Source of the DNA: an uncultured bacterium
GTDB taxonomy: Bacteria; Cyanobacteriota; Vampirovibrionia; Gastranaerophilales; Gastranaerophilaceae
Direction: 5' to 3'
DNA: 64,000 nucleotides
Assembly: GCA_946636615.1 (NCBI GenBank)
Contig: CAMPBE010000003.1
Span: forward strand, 15,928 to 79,927
Part shown: piece after piece, positions 1 through 9,047 of the stretch
How positions within the stretch are numbered: the first letter of the stretch is position 1
Layout: each line of letters starts with the position of its first letter
The notes under the pieces: generated by a model
What the model saw: the letters and a program-made list of their open reading frames with translations, nothing else
Told to the model about the DNA's origin: nothing
Databases searched by the model: none
Position numbers and translations under genes: made by a program

Positions 1-325
1 TAGGTAAATGCAGTATTTGAAAAACATTAATGCCTAGAGCTAACATGCCTACAGCATAAAATGTTTGTATTACAAATTTTTTACCTATTTTATTAAAGGC
101 TAAGAAAAAGAACGGAATGTTTATTATGAAAATTAAAAGTCCTAAATTCAATCCGGTTAATGCGCTTGTGATTATTGATATACCCACAATTCCACCATCA
201 ATAATCTCATTTGGAACTAAAAATACTTCTAAAGCAAAAGCCGCTATAAACGGACCTAATGTCAAAAACAAGACTTTGGTTAGAATACTTTTTATATGTT
301 CTTTTAATGTTAGTTTACGATCCAA
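1..325 (-). CDS. YitT-family integral membrane protein, N-terminal part only (gene runs off left edge)
   Basis: Not in the ORF track because there is no stop in the window. Hand translation of the minus strand from TTG at 325-323 gives MDRKLTLKEHIKSILTKVLFLTLGPFIAAFALEVFLVPNEIIDGGIVGISIITSALTGLNLGLLIFIINIPFFFLAFNKIGKKF..., a pattern typical of YitT proteins. It starts 1 nt after the cdaA stop. Confidence 0.6.
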   Translation of the reverse strand, partial: MDRKLTLKEHIKSILTKVLFLTLGPFIAAFALEVFLVPNEIIDGGIVGISIITSALTGLNLGLLIFIINIPFFFLAFNKIGKKFVIQTFYAVGMLALGINVFQILHLP

Positions 326-326
326 T

Positions 327-1220
327 TTATTTACCTGATGTCTTTTTTATTGTTACAAAATTATTAATTTTAAATATTGTTTTTTTATCTTCCTTTTCAG
401 GTTCTTTAAGTCCTAAAATATTTTCTAAATCTATTTTTAATGAAATTAAATCTTCGTATTTTTTTAAGTTTCCACCGAGTGCAATAGAAACATCACCCGT
501 TTCTTCCGAAACAACCAGACAAGCAGCATCACTTGTTTCGGTCATGCCGATTGCAGCTCTATGTCTTGTTCCGTATTTCCAGCTTAATTTTGGATCTTCT
601 GTAAGAGGGAGCAAAACTCCTGCTGAAATTATTTTGTCGCCGTTGATAACAACAGCTCCGTCGTGTAACGGAGTATTAGGATGAAATATTGTTAACAATA
701 ATTCTGTTGATAAATCTGCGTTCAATTTTGTTCCGACATCATAGTATGTGTTGCTCAAATCACTTTGAAACACAATAAGAGCACCTGTATGAGACTTGGA
801 AAAATACTTCACACTTTCAATTAATTCTTTAACAACATCAATTTTTTTATCTTTTTTCTTTGAATTGTGATTTGTAAACAAATTTGCAACAAAACTAGCT
901 TGTCCTAAATAACCTAAAAATCTTCTCAATTCAGGCTGAAATATAACGATTAAACTTAAAGCTACGAGAGATACTACAGCTTTTAAAAACATTCCGATAA
1001 TATTTAAATTAATTCTAATTAATAATTCGCTAAAAATCCAAGTAAATACAATGATCATTAAGCCTTTAACAAACTTTTCTGAAGATGTATTTTTAATAAA
1101 CTTCTTATAAAAAAAGAAAATGCAAGCAGCCAAAAATATAACTTGAAAGAAATCTGACCAATTAAAGCCGATTTTTAAATTTCCAAAATATTTAATTATA
1201 AATGTAAATACATCATTCAT
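327..1220 (-). CDS. cdaA: Diadenylate cyclase CdaA (three N-terminal TM helices plus DAC domain)
   Basis: 297-aa ORF with a hydrophobic N-terminus followed by DAC motifs HTGALIVF, DGAVVI and GTRHRAAIG...SEETG. It starts 4 nt after the lysA stop. Confidence 0.9.
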   Translation of the reverse strand: MNDVFTFIIKYFGNLKIGFNWSDFFQVIFLAACIFFFYKKFIKNTSSEKFVKGLMIIVFTWIFSELLIRINLNIIGMFLKAVVSLVALSLIVIFQPELRRFLGYLGQASFVANLFTNHNSKKKDKKIDVVKELIESVKYFSKSHTGALIVFQSDLSNTYYDVGTKLNADLSTELLLTIFHPNTPLHDGAVVINGDKIISAGVLLPLTEDPKLSWKYGTRHRAAIGMTETSDAACLVVSEETGDVSIALGGNLKKYEDLISLKIDLENILGLKEPEKEDKKTIFKINNFVTIKKTSGK

Positions 1221-1224
1221 TTTC

Positions 1225-2547
1225 TTATAACCTGTCAGGAATTACATCATGTGCAATGATATCATCTAAAGTCTCTCTATTAATTATAATATCAGATTGT
1301 GAATTATTTACAAGTACCATGGCCGGTTTTTGAACTCTATTGTAGTTAGATGCCATAGAATAATTATATGCTCCTGTGTTGTATACGCAAATAATATCAC
1401 CTTCGTTTAATTTAGGTAAAGTAATATCTTTTATTAATATATCTCCGGATTCGCAGAAACGACCCGCAATAGTAACTTTTTCAATGAGTTCGTGGTCAGT
1501 GTTGTTGGCGACTTCTGCAACATATTCGGCTCCATACATTGAAGGTCTTGCGTTATCAGCCATTCCACCGTCAACCGCAATGTATTTTTTACCGTTAGGA
1601 ACTTGTTTTGAACTGCCTACAGTATATAACGTTACTCCTGATGTTGATATCACACTTCTTCCCGGTTCTAAAATTAATGTTGGAGCATCTATAGAATATT
1701 TTTTTATACATTCGTTTAATTTGTTTATAATAATATCTGCAATTTCATATGTAGCAGGAGGCTTGTCTGATTCATTATATTTTACACCAAGTCCGCCTCC
1801 AATATTAATTTCATTTAGTTTTAATCCAAATTTCTTATCTAATCTGGAGATTTCTTTTGTTAAAATTTCAACTTCATCACCATATATAGAGGTTTCAAAT
1901 ATTTGAGAACCTATATGTGCGTGTAGACCATGTAATTTAAGATTTTTATAATCGTTAAGAATTAATTCAACAGCTTCATCAATTTGAGTTAAATCAAATC
2001 CAAATTTGGAATCTAAGTGTCCCGTTTGAATATATTCATGAGTATGGCATTCTATTCCAGGAGTAATTCTGAGCAAAATATCAACTGTTTTATTGTATGA
2101 TTTTGCGATTTCGTTAAGCAGAGAAAGCTCAAAGAAATTATCAACAGATATGCGGCCCACACCTAATTCTATCGCCAAACTTAATTCTTCATATGACTTG
2201 TTGTTACCGTTAAACAGAACTTTTGTCATATCAACTCCGGCTTTATATACAGTGTAAATTTCACCTGCTGAAACTGTATCAAACCCAAAACCTTCTGAGT
2301 GTAAAATTTTTGCAATAGCTTTAGTACATAATGCTTTAGACGCGTACATCATATTAACATTATGGTATTTTTCAAAAGCCTTTTTGTAATCCTGACAAAT
2401 TCCTCTTACTGTTGCTTCATCAATAACATATAAAGGAGTGTTATATTTTTCAGCTAAATCAACCAAATCACATCCGCCAATTTCAATATTACCTGACGAA
2501 TTGAGTTTTGTAGTTATAGGCTTTAAAGATTGATTGATGCTCTTCAT
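1225..2547 (-). CDS. lysA: Diaminopimelate decarboxylase
   Basis: 440-aa ORF with PLP-dependent Orn/DAP/Arg decarboxylase motifs: YASKA, HAHIGSQI, EPGRS and CESGD. Confidence 0.9.
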   Translation of the reverse strand: MKSINQSLKPITTKLNSSGNIEIGGCDLVDLAEKYNTPLYVIDEATVRGICQDYKKAFEKYHNVNMMYASKALCTKAIAKILHSEGFGFDTVSAGEIYTVYKAGVDMTKVLFNGNNKSYEELSLAIELGVGRISVDNFFELSLLNEIAKSYNKTVDILLRITPGIECHTHEYIQTGHLDSKFGFDLTQIDEAVELILNDYKNLKLHGLHAHIGSQIFETSIYGDEVEILTKEISRLDKKFGLKLNEINIGGGLGVKYNESDKPPATYEIADIIINKLNECIKKYSIDAPTLILEPGRSVISTSGVTLYTVGSSKQVPNGKKYIAVDGGMADNARPSMYGAEYVAEVANNTDHELIEKVTIAGRFCESGDILIKDITLPKLNEGDIICVYNTGAYNYSMASNYNRVQKPAMVLVNNSQSDIIINRETLDDIIAHDVIPDRL

Positions 2548-2641
2548 TATGCTCCTTACATATTTAGAATACCATAATTTACGCGAAAATAAAATAGTAA
2601 AAATAATGTATATCTATAAAAATTTTATATGTATTTAGAAG

Positions 2642-3649
2642 CTATGAGATATCCCATCTTCCGCAAGTTCCACCCCAACGGGCAATGATATTTCCTTTAA
2701 TATCTTTGATTTTTTCAACGTGGTGTATATCTTCACCGCCTTCAACAATTGTAATGACTTCACAGTTATTTGAACAGCCGTTGCAGTCGCAAGTTATAGA
2801 GTGGAAATTCATTTCTCCAACAGACCAACCTTTGAATTTTGTAGGAGTCTCTGTATATTGATGATTTTCCATTGCTAATAATGCTGCTCCGATAGCTCCC
2901 ATTGTTTGGTGGTGGTCAGGAACTATTATTTTTTGTCCCAATTCTTCTTCAAAAGCTTTTACCATACCTGTGTTTGTAGCAACTCCGCCTTGAAAAGAGA
3001 ATACAGGTAAAAGTTCTTTACCCAACGCCAAGTTCGCTAGATAATTTCTAACAAGTGCCTGACATAAACCATATAACAAATCTTCTACAGGATATCCTAG
3101 TTGTTGTTTGTGGATAAGGTCACTTTCTGCAAACACCCCACATCTTCCTGCGATACGTGCAGGGTTTTCTGATTTTAGTGCAGTTTCTCCAAATTCTTCA
3201 ATAGGTACGTTCAATCTTTGGGCCTGATGATCCAAAAAACTTCCTGTTCCTGCAGCACAAACAGTATTCATTGCAAAGTCGGTAACAATACCGTCACGAA
3301 GAATTATTATTTTGCTATCCTGACCGCCGATTTCCAAAATTGTCTGGACTCCGGGGACATTGATGCTCGCTGCAACAGCATGTGCTGTAATTTCATTCTT
3401 TATAACATCAGCACCAACCAAAGCTCCGGCAAGATTTCTGCCTGAACCTGTTGTGCCGACTCCCATAACATCATAATCAGTTATTTTTTTTGCATAAAGC
3501 TCATTCAATCCTTTTTGTACTGCATCTACAGGTTTACCTGCAGTTCTGAGCATATAACTGTCAACATATTTGCCTTTCTCATCAACTAAAGCAAGCTTTG
3601 TTGTAACCGAACCTACATCTATCCCTAAATATACTGTTAAACTCATGAC
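2642..3649 (-). CDS. BcrAD/BadFG-family ATPase (2-hydroxyacyl-CoA dehydratase activase-like) with a Cys-rich C-terminal extension
   Basis: Contains GIDVGSVTTK, GTTGSGR, EIGGQDSK, and the cluster cysteines in CAAGTGSF and GRCGVFAESD. An extra ~80-aa tail carries CDCNGCSNNC. The start was moved to the second ATG (MSLTVYLGIDVGS), which follows AGAGGA. Confidence 0.8.
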   Translation of the reverse strand, partial: VMSLTVYLGIDVGSVTTKLALVDEKGKYVDSYMLRTAGKPVDAVQKGLNELYAKKITDYDVMGVGTTGSGRNLAGALVGADVIKNEITAHAVAASINVPGVQTILEIGGQDSKIIILRDGIVTDFAMNTVCAAGTGSFLDHQAQRLNVPIEEFGETALKSENPARIAGRCGVFAESDLIHKQQLGYPVEDLLYGLCQALVRNYLANLALGKELLPVFSFQGGVATNTGMVKAFEEELGQKIIVPDHHQTMGAIGAALLAMENHQYTETPTKFKGWSVGEMNFHSITCDCNGCSNNCEVITIVEGGEDIHHVEKIKDIKGNIIARWGGTCGRWDIS

Positions 3650-3891
3650 ATATCCTCTTTTCTTCATAATAACACAAAAAAAGAGTGTACATTATTTTTG
3701 TCCTAGAAATATGCAAATAGAAGGAATAGTTAGTTGTTAATGCAATTTTGGCAACAATTTTGACATAAATTACAGTAGAAAAACAGTATTATTATTTTGT
3801 TTGTAACAATTTGTAAAAAAAGCGGAATGGCATTTTTAGAAATTTATATTCATTACTTGAAATGTAAAGCAAGAAAGCGGAGGTAGGAAAA

Positions 3892-4050
3892 ATGAATTTT
3901 AGAACGTTTACAGTCGGTTTATTAGTAGGTGGTGCGGCATTATGTGGAGCAAATTATTATAATAACAAAAATAAAGCTGATGCTACAAACATTCCGCAAG
4001 AATTACGTACAGAATTTGAACGAATAAAAACAGCATTAAAAATAAAATAG
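3892..4050 (+). CDS. Small 52-aa membrane-anchored protein (hypothetical)
   Basis: Below the ORF-track size cutoff. GGAGGT lies 7 nt upstream of the ATG. Translation is MNFRTFTVGLLVGGAALCGANYYNNKNKADATNIPQELRTEFERIKTALKIK, and a terminator follows. Confidence 0.45.
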   Translation: MNFRTFTVGLLVGGAALCGANYYNNKNKADATNIPQELRTEFERIKTALKIK

Positions 4051-4136
4051 CTTTATATAATGATACAATTTATTTAGCATACGAACAAATTAAAAGAATT
4101 AAGTAAATCTTTAAAAAATAAAAATTATACACAAGC

Positions 4137-4165
4137 AAAACCCCTGATTTAATATCAGGGGTTTT
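4137..4165. terminator. Bidirectional intrinsic terminator between the small ORF and hppA
   Basis: Hairpin CCCCTGAT/ATCAGGGG with a 5-nt loop, flanked by an A-run and a T-run. Confidence 0.7.
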
Positions 4166-4181
4166 GAATATTACTAGTATT

Positions 4182-6596
4182 TTATTTTCCTGTCGGAATT
4201 CTCATTGCATAGAATGAACGAATAACAAATATCAAAGCTACAACTAGGAATATCCAACCTGCAATCGGAGCTATACATCTGAATGATTCCGAGATTGCAA
4301 TTTCCATTGCAAGAAGACCAAATAATGTTGTAAATTTGATAATCGGGTTCATAGCTACAGATGATGTGTCTTTAAAAGGGTCACCTACCGTATCTCCAAC
4401 AACTGTTGCTTCATGCAAAGGTGTGCCTTTTTCTGCCAAATCAACTTCAACAATTTTCTTTGCATTATCCCAACATCCGCCTGCATTTGCCATAAATACG
4501 GCTTGGAATAAACCAAATACGGCAATTGCAATTAAGTAGCTTACAAAGAATGCTACAGGAGCTGTAGTTATGCAGCTTGGTGCTGATAGACAAGCAAATG
4601 CCAGCGCAAAAGCAAACAGTGCAATAAAGATATTAATCATACCTTTTTGAGCATATTGAGTACAAATTTTTACAACTTCTTTTGAATTTGCAACGTTTGC
4701 GCTCTTAGATGATTCATCATCAAGCTTAATGTTATCTTTAATGTATTCTGTAGCTGAGTATGCACCTGTTGTAACAGCCTGCATAGAAGCACCTGAGAAC
4801 CAATAAATTACCGCACCGCCTGATAAGAACCCAAGCAATGTATAAGGATTTAAGATATTCAAGATCATCTCAGGCTCAATTCCCAATGTGGATTTTATAA
4901 CAAGGATAAGTGAGAAAATCATTGTTGTAGCACCAACAACCGCAGTACCGATAAGCACAGGTTTTGAAGTTGCTTTGAATGTATTTCCTGCTCCGTCATT
5001 TTCTTCCAAATATTTTTTAGCATTTTCAAAATCAGGTTTAAAACCATATTCTTTTTCAATATCTTCACCGACATTTGGAATATCTTCAATTAGTGATAAT
5101 TCATATACTGATTGGGCATTATCAGTAACAGGTCCATATGAATCTACAGCAATTGTTACAGGGCCCATTCCTAAGAACCCGAATGCCACAAGTCCGAATG
5201 CAAATACGGAACTGTATATCATCAAACCGTCAGGAATGAATGTTGATGCATAATATGCAAGTCCCATCAAAAGAACGATCACCATTCCAATCCAGAATGC
5301 TGAGAAGTTTCCTGCAACTATACCTGAAAGAATTGTAAGAGATGCACCACCTTCTCTTGAAGCAGTTACAACTTCTTCAGTATGCTTTGCTTTTGGCGAT
5401 GTAAATATCTTTGTAAATTCAGGAATTAATGCGGCACCTAATGTTCCGCAAGATATAATTGTTGATAATATCAACCATAAATTACCGCCTAAATCAGATA
5501 ATAACCAGTGGCTTACTCCAAATGTCATACCGATTGATAATATAGAAGTTAACCAAACTAGGTTTGTTAAAGGTTTTTCAAAATCGAATTTTTCAGTTTT
5601 TGCTGCATAGAATTTGTCAACTAATCCGTTAAACCAATATGCAACAACTGATGTAACAATCATCAAAAATCTCATTACAAAAATCCAAGTCAAAAGTTGT
5701 ACTTGATTTTCTTGACCGGCAACTGCAAGTAATATAAATGAAACGAGTGCAACACCTGTTACGCCATATGTTTCAAATCCATCAGCAGTCGGTCCGACAG
5801 AATCGCCAGCATTATCACCCGTACAATCGGCAATAACACCGGGGTTACGAGGGTCATCTTCTTTTATACCGAATTGAATTTTCATTAAATCTGATCCGAT
5901 ATCTGCAATTTTAGTAAATATGCCACCTGCTACACGAAGAGCTGAAGCTCCTAATGATTCGCCGATTGCAAAACCGATAAAGCAAGCGCCTGCAATTTCT
6001 CCGGGAACAAACAAAAGAATTGTCAACATTAATATTAATTCAACAGAAACCAGACAAACTCCGATTGACATTCCTGCTTTTAGAGGAATGTTTAAAATGT
6101 TTAGCGGATTTCCTTTAAGTGAAACAAATGCTGTTCTTGCGTTTGCCAAAGTGTTCATTCTTATACCAAACCAAGCAACTGCATAAGAACCTAAAATACC
6201 AATTACTGACCAACCTAAAATTATAAGTACATTTTTAAGCGGCATATGTTGTAAATAGCCGAAATAAAAAGCTATACATAAACCAATCAAAACCTCTAAT
6301 CCAAACAAGAATTTGCCTTGTTGGACCAAATAAGTTTTGCAAGTTTCGAAAATTGTATTTCCCACATCAGCCATAGCTGAATGAACGTCCAATTTTTTGA
6401 TTCTAAAAAATTCAATAAATCCAAAAATCAAGCCTAAAATCGAAATTCCAATACCAATAAGCAGGTAATTAAAGAAATCAGGATTTACGTCTTTGATGTT
6501 TGGAACAACTAAATCTGCCTCACTTGAGTATGCAGGCAGACATAATAATGTCAAAGCAAGAGCAGACATTATTTTAGATGCAAATTTTTTCATCAT
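4182..6596 (-). CDS. hppA: Membrane-bound pyrophosphate-energised cation pump (M-PPase)
   Basis: 804-aa polytopic ORF with GDNAGD, DNAKK and GDTVGDPFKDTS motifs. It has an N-terminal signal-like extension, MMKKFASKIMSALALTLLCLPAYSS. Confidence 0.92.
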   Translation of the reverse strand: MMKKFASKIMSALALTLLCLPAYSSEADLVVPNIKDVNPDFFNYLLIGIGISILGLIFGFIEFFRIKKLDVHSAMADVGNTIFETCKTYLVQQGKFLFGLEVLIGLCIAFYFGYLQHMPLKNVLIILGWSVIGILGSYAVAWFGIRMNTLANARTAFVSLKGNPLNILNIPLKAGMSIGVCLVSVELILMLTILLFVPGEIAGACFIGFAIGESLGASALRVAGGIFTKIADIGSDLMKIQFGIKEDDPRNPGVIADCTGDNAGDSVGPTADGFETYGVTGVALVSFILLAVAGQENQVQLLTWIFVMRFLMIVTSVVAYWFNGLVDKFYAAKTEKFDFEKPLTNLVWLTSILSIGMTFGVSHWLLSDLGGNLWLILSTIISCGTLGAALIPEFTKIFTSPKAKHTEEVVTASREGGASLTILSGIVAGNFSAFWIGMVIVLLMGLAYYASTFIPDGLMIYSSVFAFGLVAFGFLGMGPVTIAVDSYGPVTDNAQSVYELSLIEDIPNVGEDIEKEYGFKPDFENAKKYLEENDGAGNTFKATSKPVLIGTAVVGATTMIFSLILVIKSTLGIEPEMILNILNPYTLLGFLSGGAVIYWFSGASMQAVTTGAYSATEYIKDNIKLDDESSKSANVANSKEVVKICTQYAQKGMINIFIALFAFALAFACLSAPSCITTAPVAFFVSYLIAIAVFGLFQAVFMANAGGCWDNAKKIVEVDLAEKGTPLHEATVVGDTVGDPFKDTSSVAMNPIIKFTTLFGLLAMEIAISESFRCIAPIAGWIFLVVALIFVIRSFYAMRIPTGK

Positions 6597-6696
6597 AAAC
6601 TCTCCTTACTGTATAAATCTACGCATTTTATTATAATCTTAATTGTTATTTTAAACAACAAATTTACAAAAATACATTACATATGGAATTATATAA

Positions 6697-7569
6697 TTAC
6701 TGTTGCAAATAAACATCTTCCAATAATTTAATCTCAAATTCGCTACCGGCAGGAATAGATAGCTTTCCACCTTTTGCACTTATTGCAAATATTGGAGATC
6801 CAACAAAATTGAAAGTGTAGACTACAGTCCCAAAAATTATAGGAATTGGAGAGATTATTTTGCCAAAAGGGTTACTTGATAACTTATTTGTTGTTCTTTG
6901 CGTTTTGTTGTAAAAATTTTGGCCTTTATTAATTTGTCTTGATACACCTTTCCAATACTGATGTTTCCCTTTAATGCTGTTAAAAAATATTTTTTTATGG
7001 TTTGCCTTTGTTATTTTGCCGTTAGCATAAAGTTTGCAGCCGTTATAATTTATACCGGTAACTGCTATTTCAAGCAGACCTCCGTTTCCTGTAATTTGCG
7101 GGGTATGGGAATCCGTTACAATCGCATCAAAAACTGTACCTGTAGGAATTGTAACATATCTTTGTGTTACCGGTGTTAAAGTTGTAAATCTAAAAGTAGC
7201 GCCTGTTCGTGTGCTATCTGCCAAATATGCATTTGATTTAACTTTAAATTTTGTACCTTTTTTTATTCTTATGGCAGTTGTTTTGTCAATAACAGATGAA
7301 TAAGAATTTGTCATATTTTTGACTCTTATTTTTGCTTTAGATGAGTCTGTTGTGGGTAAATTTTTTGGAGGAGTCGGCAGAGTTTTATTTGAATTTTGTG
7401 TTGGTGAAGTTTTGGGTAATGCCGGCAGAGATTTTTCTATAGCTGACGGATTATAATTCTTTCTTATTTCTTCATCAACGGATGTATCAAGCTCAAAAGC
7501 GATAGCAGGCAATACAATAAAATTGATTGCCAAAATAAAACTTAAAGTTTTATTTATCAAACTTTTCAT
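6697..7569 (-). CDS. Secreted hypothetical protein (signal peptide, Pro/Thr-rich linker, beta-rich C-terminal part)
   Basis: 290-aa ORF with an N-terminal hydrophobic signal-like segment. No family was recognised. Confidence 0.6.
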   Translation of the reverse strand: MKSLINKTLSFILAINFIVLPAIAFELDTSVDEEIRKNYNPSAIEKSLPALPKTSPTQNSNKTLPTPPKNLPTTDSSKAKIRVKNMTNSYSSVIDKTTAIRIKKGTKFKVKSNAYLADSTRTGATFRFTTLTPVTQRYVTIPTGTVFDAIVTDSHTPQITGNGGLLEIAVTGINYNGCKLYANGKITKANHKKIFFNSIKGKHQYWKGVSRQINKGQNFYNKTQRTTNKLSSNPFGKIISPIPIIFGTVVYTFNFVGSPIFAISAKGGKLSIPAGSEFEIKLLEDVYLQQ

Positions 7570-7579
7570 TGTCTAATCC

Positions 7580-8956
7580 TTATTTGTTATTTAAAAATTC
7601 ATTTATGGCTTTTGCAGCTTTTTTGCCTGCTCCCATAGCGTTAATTGCGTTGGATTCACCTACAGGTGCAACATCTCCTCCTGCATAAACAGAATCTATG
7701 TTAGTTGCTCTTGAATCAGCGTCAACAACAATATAGCCTCTTTTGTCAGTTTCTATGTTCAAACCTTCAGCTTGTGCTGATTTTTGAATAATAGGGTTTG
7801 GTCCTGTGCCAAGTGCAACAATTACTGTATCAAGTTCAATTGTTTCAAATTTACCTGTAGAAATTGGCTTTCTTCTGCCCGATTCATCAGGTTCGCCAAG
7901 CTCCATAATTTCTAATTCGACAGCTTTTACATAACCGTTTTCTCCGATAATTTCCTTAGGTGCATATAAAAATTTGAATACAATACCTTCTTCTTTTGCG
8001 TGACGAATTTCTTCTAATCTTGCAGGTAATTCTTTTTCTGTTCTTCTGTAAATTATATAAACTTCGTCAAAGCCTACCCTGACAGCAGTTCTTGCAGCAT
8101 CCATAGCAACGTTGCCACCGCCAAATATAGCAGCTTTTTTGCCGACTCTCAATGGAGTCGGGCTATCAGGTTGACCGGCATGCATTAGATTTACTCTTGT
8201 CAAAAATTCATTAGCTGAAAATACTCCGTTTAAGTTTTCGCCTTTTATGTTCAACATCTTAGGTAATCCTGCGCCTGAACTTATAAATATTGCATCAAAT
8301 CCATCATCTTTTAATTGTTGGATAGTTATGGATTTGCCTACAATAACGTTTGTGTGAAATTTAACGCCCATATTTTCAAGATTTTTAATTTCTCTGTCTA
8401 AAAATTTACGTGGCAGTCTGAATGGTGGTATACCGTATCTAAGTACTCCGCCGAGTTCATGAAGTGCTTCAAAAACTTCAACATTGTGTCCTGCTTTTCT
8501 AAGGTCGCAGGCTGCAGTTAATCCTGCACAACCTGAACCTACTACTGCAACTTTTTTCCCTGATTCTTTTATTTTGGGAGTTTCTGCTGTAGTGTTGTCA
8601 CCTACGTATCTTTCAAGTGCACCGATTGAAACAGGTTCCCCTTTTATACCTAATACACAGTTACCTTCGCACTGTCTTTCTTGAGGGCAAACTCTGCCAC
8701 AAACAGATGGAAGCATACTTGTTTGTCGGATTATTTCGCCGGCTTTATTCAAATCACCTTCCTTGATTGCTTGAATAAAACTCGGTATTTGAATATTAAC
8801 GGGACAACCTTGTACACATCTCGGGTTTTTGCAATTTAAACATCTTGAGACTTCTAATTTTACCTGTTCTTCTGTAAGATTACTTTCTACAGGATTAAAG
8901 TTTGAGCGTCTTTCTATTTTATCTTGTTCTTTTACTTTTTGTCTTTCTACAGCCAT
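7580..8956 (-). CDS. GltD-family NADPH-dependent FAD/Fe-S oxidoreductase (homotetrameric glutamate synthase / NfnB-like)
   Basis: 458-aa ORF with N-terminal Cys clusters CLNCKNPRCVQGCP and CGRVCPQERQCEGNC, and two Rossmann motifs, VAVVGSGCAGL and GGGNVAMD. Confidence 0.85.
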   Translation of the reverse strand: MAVERQKVKEQDKIERRSNFNPVESNLTEEQVKLEVSRCLNCKNPRCVQGCPVNIQIPSFIQAIKEGDLNKAGEIIRQTSMLPSVCGRVCPQERQCEGNCVLGIKGEPVSIGALERYVGDNTTAETPKIKESGKKVAVVGSGCAGLTAACDLRKAGHNVEVFEALHELGGVLRYGIPPFRLPRKFLDREIKNLENMGVKFHTNVIVGKSITIQQLKDDGFDAIFISSGAGLPKMLNIKGENLNGVFSANEFLTRVNLMHAGQPDSPTPLRVGKKAAIFGGGNVAMDAARTAVRVGFDEVYIIYRRTEKELPARLEEIRHAKEEGIVFKFLYAPKEIIGENGYVKAVELEIMELGEPDESGRRKPISTGKFETIELDTVIVALGTGPNPIIQKSAQAEGLNIETDKRGYIVVDADSRATNIDSVYAGGDVAPVGESNAINAMGAGKKAAKAINEFLNNK

Positions 8957-9047
8957 TTTTCTCCCCTTCTTACATTATAATTTTATCTAAAAAAACATTT
9001 AGTGCAAGATTGTTGTAATTTAGTTATTATTGTCTTTAAATATATAT

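Noticed and set aside
1376-1906. 176-aa plus-strand ORF and the many other 60-176-aa ORFs lying antisense inside long genes, for example 259..684, 4888..5253, 17457..17912, 23012..23398, 29999..30340, 45825..46136, 56099..56461 and 62420..62740
   Set aside because: Each is fully embedded antisense or out of frame within a well-supported conserved gene. They are shadow ORFs typical of AT-rich coding DNA.
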